From Octopus bimaculoides (Eukaryota): 38,020 nt of DNA. Below, piece by piece: positions 32,801-38,020 of the stretch. The notes below the pieces were generated by a model that ran no database searches, was not told where the DNA came from, and saw nothing but the letters and a program-made list of their open reading frames with translations. Where the stretch lies: positions 28,126,798 to 28,164,817 of the forward strand of contig NC_069000.1 of assembly GCF_001194135.2 (NCBI RefSeq). Reading direction: 5' to 3'. The position numbers were made by a program, and so were the translations under genes. Position 1 is the stretch's first letter. Each line of letters begins with the position of its first letter.

Positions 32801-34306
32801 TTACATGATTTTTTTCTGTTGAACTGCCCTTTAGGTTCTGCAACTTTTTATGGCCTATTTTACCACACTTGAAGCGTTTTATATCTTTAAATGGACAGTT
32901 ATTTTTAAAATGTAGACCACCACACCCATAACATACATTTGGTCTTGACATTTTCTCTCTTTTTTCTTATTCATTACCAGTTGATACACTTGAACATGAG
33001 AGCAATCTTTCTCTTCAGTTTTATCTGCATCATGTTGTAGATTTATAATTCTCTGACATTCTTCTACTACTGCCTGCAAAGATCAATTTTGGTCCTGTTC
33101 TAATCTTGTTAATATCTGGGAATGCATATTTGCATCTTTGCTTGCAGTAAGCCCTTCAACAAAAGTTAAACACTTGAACATGTCTGGGATCAACTCATTC
33201 AATTTTAATTTCTCACACTCTCTGTTAACCACTCTGGCATAGGTGACAAAATCTTCATCATCTTTTTTGACCAAATTTAAACATTGCCAGCAAGTACTGA
33301 ACAGTAAACTTCTTTCACTGATAATTTTCGATAAAATATTTTTTCATCGAAAAAAATCTCACCTGGTTTCTTTGGCAGAGTATAATCACTATATTTTCTG
33401 TGTTTGGCAGTGGATAACTTTCTTAAAAGTAGTCATATTTTTTTCTTGTCAGCCTAATTTTTACATTTTCCTTTCAAGATTTCTTTGTATCTTTGAAAAT
33501 ATACAGAGAAGGTAAATCCTTCTTTTGGATTATAGCTGAATTTTCCAATTGAGTTTGCTATGTTGTCTGGTGAGTACGAACCTGAAGTATTTTCAGACTT
33601 CTTCAATGTTAATTCTAGCAACTGCTGGTTTTGTTGTTGCTGTTGCAACTGCACCATGGGGGCTAATAAATCTTCCATGTTAAAAACAGTGTTGGTGAAA
33701 TTTATGTTGGACGCTTTTCTTTTTTTTTTGGCAATATGAAGTTACTATACTTCGCATGCTCTACTGTCCCTAGTTTTCTTAAAACTAGATGCATTTTCAT
33801 ATCGTCCATCCAATTTTGGCATTCTTTTTCAAATATTTGTTGAAATCTTTGAAGGTAAGCCTTGAAGGTTACTCCTTCTTGAGAGTTATATTTGAATTCA
33901 CTTATGGAATTTGCTAAAAGGTCTGGTGAGAATGTATTCTCCAGATTGGTTATCAACTTCATCAAGTGTAACATTTGTTGCTGCAATCTTTGTTGTTGTT
34001 CTCATTGTTCCTTGAGTTGTTATCCCAACCAACAAGTCCTCCATATTTTATGATTTTCGTAAGTTTCCACAACAAGATTTGTGTTTCGTTTTTGTCAAAG
34101 TATTTAATTTTCCACATGAATTAGTTTAAACTTTCCATGTGAATGCTTCATGTTAATTTGTTTTTCGTTGCCACTGTTGTAAAGTGGTTTTTTCCACTGT
34201 TGTATCTGTCCCTTGATGATGGTTGTTGCTCTGACAGATATTGTTATATTCTGAAGTCGTCGATAGAATGGGTCTATCTGGCACTGTATGACCCCCAGTC
34301 ATAACA
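26880..34306 (-). mobile_element. Degenerate Ty3/Gypsy (K02A2.6-like) host element: LTR part, PBS, gag, PR, RT, RNase H, IN; no 3' LTR seen
   Basis: TGTT..CAACA segment at 34306-34175 followed by PBS-like TGGCAACGA (34173-34165). gag MEDLL..; knuckles CYGCGGLHFKNNC and FKCGKIGH; PR LQLDMGSD; RT WASPTVYAKKKN..VRVCADF, LDLSQVYLQI, YLGQII; RNase H VVASDASEYGIGAV, YSQIEKEALAI, TDHRPL; IN HPGISRMK, VVDSFSKWLE, DNRTQF, YHPRSN. Confidence 0.88.
28187..31168 (-). mobile_element. Internally deleted Gypsy element with both LTRs, nested in the host RNase H region
   Basis: 5' LTR 30840-31168 and 3' LTR 28187-28537 (both TG..CA, clearly homologous). PBS TGGTGAC at 30837-30831; PPT aaaaggggaga at 28548-28538. 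gag (MEELL..), partial PR and integrase (HMGHPGISRMK, IDFAG, IVDSYTKWLE) are present; no RT or RNase H seen. Confidence 0.87.
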
Positions 34307-34486
34307 GTGTTATTATCCTCAAAAAGTTAGATCGAAATAACAACCATTCAGTATCACAGTATAATTACTACATCAGCACAGACATGACTTTCAACACAGT
34401 CTGCACATACTTCTGACTGTCCGACCTTTTTCTATCGACTGGCTACTGATCTATTTTTTACTGGGAAGGGTGTACAGTTTTACTAT

Positions 34487-34527
<41 letters not shown>

Positions 34528-34530
<3 letters not shown>

Positions 34531-36300
34531 GAGGAGTCGGTTAGGGAAGATGTGTGAGGTGGTGGGGTCGGACTGGAGGCGCCGGAAAGCTCGGAGAATG
34601 GTACATTGGAGAGGTAGGGTGGTGGGGTGGTAGGCGAGGGGAAAGGGAGGCGGGAGACGGCAGGGTGGGTTCGGGGGGAGAGAGCAGATGCACAGTCCAT
34701 GGAACGTGCTCTGGCAAGGGGATATCCACGTAGGATGAAGTGGTGAGCCATGAGTTGAGACTGAATCTCAAAGTCATGGTTGTCACTATAGAGCCTGCGT
34801 AGATGGAGGAATTGGGAATAGGGGATGGAAAGCTTGGTGTGTTTAGGGTGGAAGGAGGAGAAGTTGAGATAAGAGTGTGAGTCTGTGTGTTTGTAGTGGA
34901 TGGAGGTGGTAAGAATGGAGTGATGAACGCTGACCGAAGAAGGAGACAGAGGTGTCAGAGATAGTGCAGGATGGAAAGATTTGACAAAATAGAGGAAGGA
35001 GTCTAGATGTTCGCGGGAGAGTGAAGGACCAGTGAAACTTGAGAATATTTGGGCCTCAACATAGCCAACGAACAGGTTCGCATAGTTGGAGCCAATTCTC
35101 GTTCTCATGGCCACTACCGAGATCTGCTGGTAGAAATCTCCCACAAACGAGAAGCAGTTGAGTGAAAGGACAAGTTCGGCCAGATGAATGAGTGTGGAGC
35201 TATCAGGTTGTGGGTTGAGTCGGAGGTCAAGGAAATGTTTAAGTGCATGTAGCCCCTCATGGTGAGGGATCACCTTGTAGAGGCTCTGGATGTTGAGGGT
35301 GAAGAGAAGTTTAGGGGGGCCAGGAGGGAAGGAGAAAGAGTTGAACAAGCGAAGCACGTGGTTGGTGTCATGGATGTGAGAAGGGAGAGAAGCCACTAGG
35401 GGGGGGGGCAAGGACACGGTCAAGATATTTGGAGATAAGCTCAGTGGAGATACAGGCGGAGATGATGGGGTGGCCAGGGTTGTTAGGTTTGTGGATTTTG
35501 GGGAGGNNNNNNNNNNNNNNNNNNNNNNNNNNNNNNNNNNNNNNNNNNNNNNNNNNNNNNNNNNNNNNNNNNNNNNNNNNNNNNNNNNNNNNNNNNNNNN
35601 NNNNNNNNNNNNNNNNNNNNNNNNNNNNNNNNNNNNNNNNNNNNNNNNNNNNNNNNNNNNNNNNNNNNNNNNNNNNNNNNNNNNNNNNNNNNNNNNNNNN
35701 NNNNNNNNNNNNNNNNNNNNNNNNNNNNNNNNNNNNNNNNNNNNNNNNNNNNNNNNNNNNNNNNNNNNNNNNNNNNNNNNNNNNNNNNNNNNNNNNNNNN
35801 NNNNNNNNNNNNNNNNNNNNNNNNNNNNNNNNNNNNNNNNNNNNNNNNNNNNNNNNNNNNNNNNNNNNNNNNNNNNNNNNNNNNNNNNNNNNNNNNNNNN
35901 NNNNNNNNNNNNNNNNNNNNNNNNNNNNNNNNNNNNNNNNNNNNNNNNNNNNNNNNNNNNNNNNNNNNNNNNNNNNNNNNNNNNNNNNNNNNNNNNNNNN
36001 NNNNNNNNNNNNNNNNNNNNNNNNNNNNNNNNNNNNNNNNNNNNNNNNNNNNACAAAGCTGTGGATATCTTAATGAGTCCGAAATTCGTTGCAGGATGGA
36101 GTGAGGGGGATGAAACACAGACCCCTATTGAGGATGGAGCATTCCGCCTCAGAGAGGGGAAGATCTGGGGGGAATGGTAACAACAGACTGAAGTGGAGCA
36201 GGGGTGGATGGAATAGAAGTAGGAGGGGTGGATGGGGTAGAGTTAGGAGGGGTGGTAGGGATGGTGGAAGGCTGGGAGGGAGGGGATAGGGCGTATGTGT
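34528..36300 (-). mobile_element. Penelope-like element RT remnant (gap inside)
   Basis: Before the gap LSEAECSILNRGLCFIP. After it LPSHIHDTNH, LFTLNIQSLYKVIPH, LAELVLSLNCFSF, FYQQISVVAMRTRIGSNYANLFVG, HYKHTDSHSYL, SIPYSQFLHLRRL, which are typical PLE RT motifs. Truncated at a (TA)n run; no GIY-YIG domain seen. Confidence 0.88.
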
Positions 36301-36525
36301 GAGGGGGGTTTGGTGGGACAGGGCGGTTGGGTGTGTGTGTGTGTGGTGAGCATATCAGGGAGGGAGAAGGGTAGTGGAGGAGTTGGGGGTAGTGGCATCG
36401 GGTGTGGTGGAATGGAGGAGTGAGTGAAGTTTGTGAAGTTTAGTGTCGGCAAGAAATTGATGATATATATAAATGTAAACAAACAAATATACATATATAT
36501 GTATACACACACATATATATATATA

Positions 36526-36700
36526 CAGAGCTGGGCATAAGTCTGTTAATCGTTAATCAACGAAGTTAATTAACATTTCCGTTAATAATTTAACTTTTCA
36601 GTTAATTTTGAAAATCATTATCGTACTAATTAACTTCTGTTACATTTAGCTTCCATTGACACAAGTCCGTTAACCCAAAAATTTCATAAAAGCTGGTAAA
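36526..36700 (+). mobile_element. Probable hAT-type DNA transposon left end
   Basis: Begins cagagctgggcataa (CAG-type hAT terminus) followed by many subterminal gttaa(c/t) repeats. No matching right TIR found in the window. Confidence 0.4.
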
Positions 36701-36900
36701 TGTTTAAAAGTTTCTATCATTTTCAGATTGGTTTAGCATATTTGATATTGTATGTGTCATTCCTTCAACCCTGGTATAACACCACTTATTATAAATAACT
36801 TGTATTATAAATAACTTGTATAATAAAAAACTCGTTTGGCACTGCCTGGATTTGAAACCAAATCCAACCACTAGTTGCTTGCAACAAGAGGGAACTGTGA

Positions 36901-37191
36901 TTGATATGTTTCCACTTGACCTGTGACCTTGCTGAGGTAGATGTCAATAGAAAAAATATTGACTTCCATAAAGTGGAAAAAATAAATGGAACGAAAAAAG
37001 TTGGTAAATATTTCAGTGTGAATGCAAATAACTGTTATGTGGTAGCAGGGCATGCTGGAAATAACAGCCAAATCTTTCGTTTTCTGGAAAAGGGGCCGTT
37101 TACGCGTGATATCGATGTCACATTTGTTGAAACCATGCAAAATAACCTGGAAAAGAAAAAAAAGACCCATGAAACAAAACTCCTTTGGTGA
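36901..37191 (+). other. Unassigned coding-like segment (96-aa open frame with a non-ATG start)
   Basis: Non-repetitive, protein-like sequence (..NCYVVAGHAGNNSQIFRFLEKGPFTRDIDVTFVET..) with higher GC than its flanks. No family recognised. Confidence 0.25.
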
Positions 37192-38020
37192 GAAAGTTCG
37201 AGGTCCCCACCACCCCTCCCACCTTTCTTTTCTGGAGAAAAAGGACTTGCGGTGGGTTTGGAAGTTAGATACATTGAATGCACCCGAAAAAAACTATGGA
37301 AAAAAATTATTCCACACCAAGGTATGAAATATTTACCAAAAGAAAAGAATCTTGTACCGATTATACCCGTATTCAAATTAATGTGCCTCCTCTTCAAAAG
37401 AGGCAAAATTTTTATCAGTTGCCATCTAGGATAATTTTAGTTACAAATCAAACAGGTACGATGCATTAAGAATTTCAATTTTAGTGTTTATCCATAATGT
37501 TATTGCTTTTACACCTGTTAGTTAAATATTTGCTTGTAACTTTGTAAATTTTTTACATACAGATTTGAAATTTTCTCAGGGGTGCTTTATATACCACTGG
37601 TTTATAGTTATGCAATTTTAGCTGATCTTGCTGAGTAAATTTGACTTTTATGGGCAAATAAATTTAATTAACAAGTGTAAAAGCAATAACATTATGGATA
37701 AACACTAAAATTGAAATTCTTAATGCATCTTACCTGTTTGAACCTGAATAACTCAAAATAACGTGAACAAATAAGCATTACATTTGACAGATTAATATGA
37801 ACATTAAAGATGTTTTGGCAAGACTTCCGCCTGTCACCACCCAAAAACCACACTTTAAAAAAAAAATTTTTTTGACCCAAATCCCCCTTTTCAGCTACAG
37901 GGAATACAAATCTGCAAAATATTGGCAAAAATCAACATTTCTAAATTACCACCCACATTTCCTTCATTTATAACTAATTTTGGTAAAATTTTTCTTAAGA
38001 ATTAAAAAAAAAAAAATATG

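Noticed and set aside
36180-36420. G-run-rich tract with G-quadruplex potential, and a possible PLE hammerhead ribozyme
   Set aside because: The G-richness reflects the C-rich coding-strand bias of this Penelope family. I saw no CUGANGA...GAAA hammerhead core with flanking stems by eye.
36788-36825. Two to three copies of ttataaataacttgta
   Set aside because: Short AT-rich tandem duplication with no further support.

Overview
AT-rich eukaryotic genomic DNA from a gapped draft assembly (N runs at about 3356-4307, 6013-6022, 8162-8884, 10102-10532, 15877-15886 and 35507-36052). The repeat families look like those of octopus/coleoid cephalopods; this is inference from recall, not a search. There is one convincing host gene: an uninterrupted 743-aa ORF on the minus strand (18797-21028) encoding a BTB/POZ domain and nine C2H2 zinc fingers, in a ~3.4-kb island with no recognisable TE. 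Almost everything else is decayed mobile DNA: Ty3/Gypsy LTR elements (one nested inside the RNase H region of another), two RTE LINE families, a CR1-type LINE, an R4/Dong-type element carrying two foldback DNA-transposon insertions, a Penelope-like element, a Helentron-type non-autonomous element, MITEs, many SINEs and microsatellites. I found no rRNA, true tRNA or CRISPR array, and I cannot support a clear-cut new multi-gene system. The best novelty candidates are (1) tandem ~65-nt units in an RTE LINE 3' UTR that can each form three interlocked stems, (2) a PHD-like Cys/His module inserted inside the RT of the same RTE family, and (3) a CpG-depletion pattern suggesting a methylation boundary across the BTB-ZF locus. 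Element boundaries were read by eye and are approximate unless a TSD or terminal motif is quoted.
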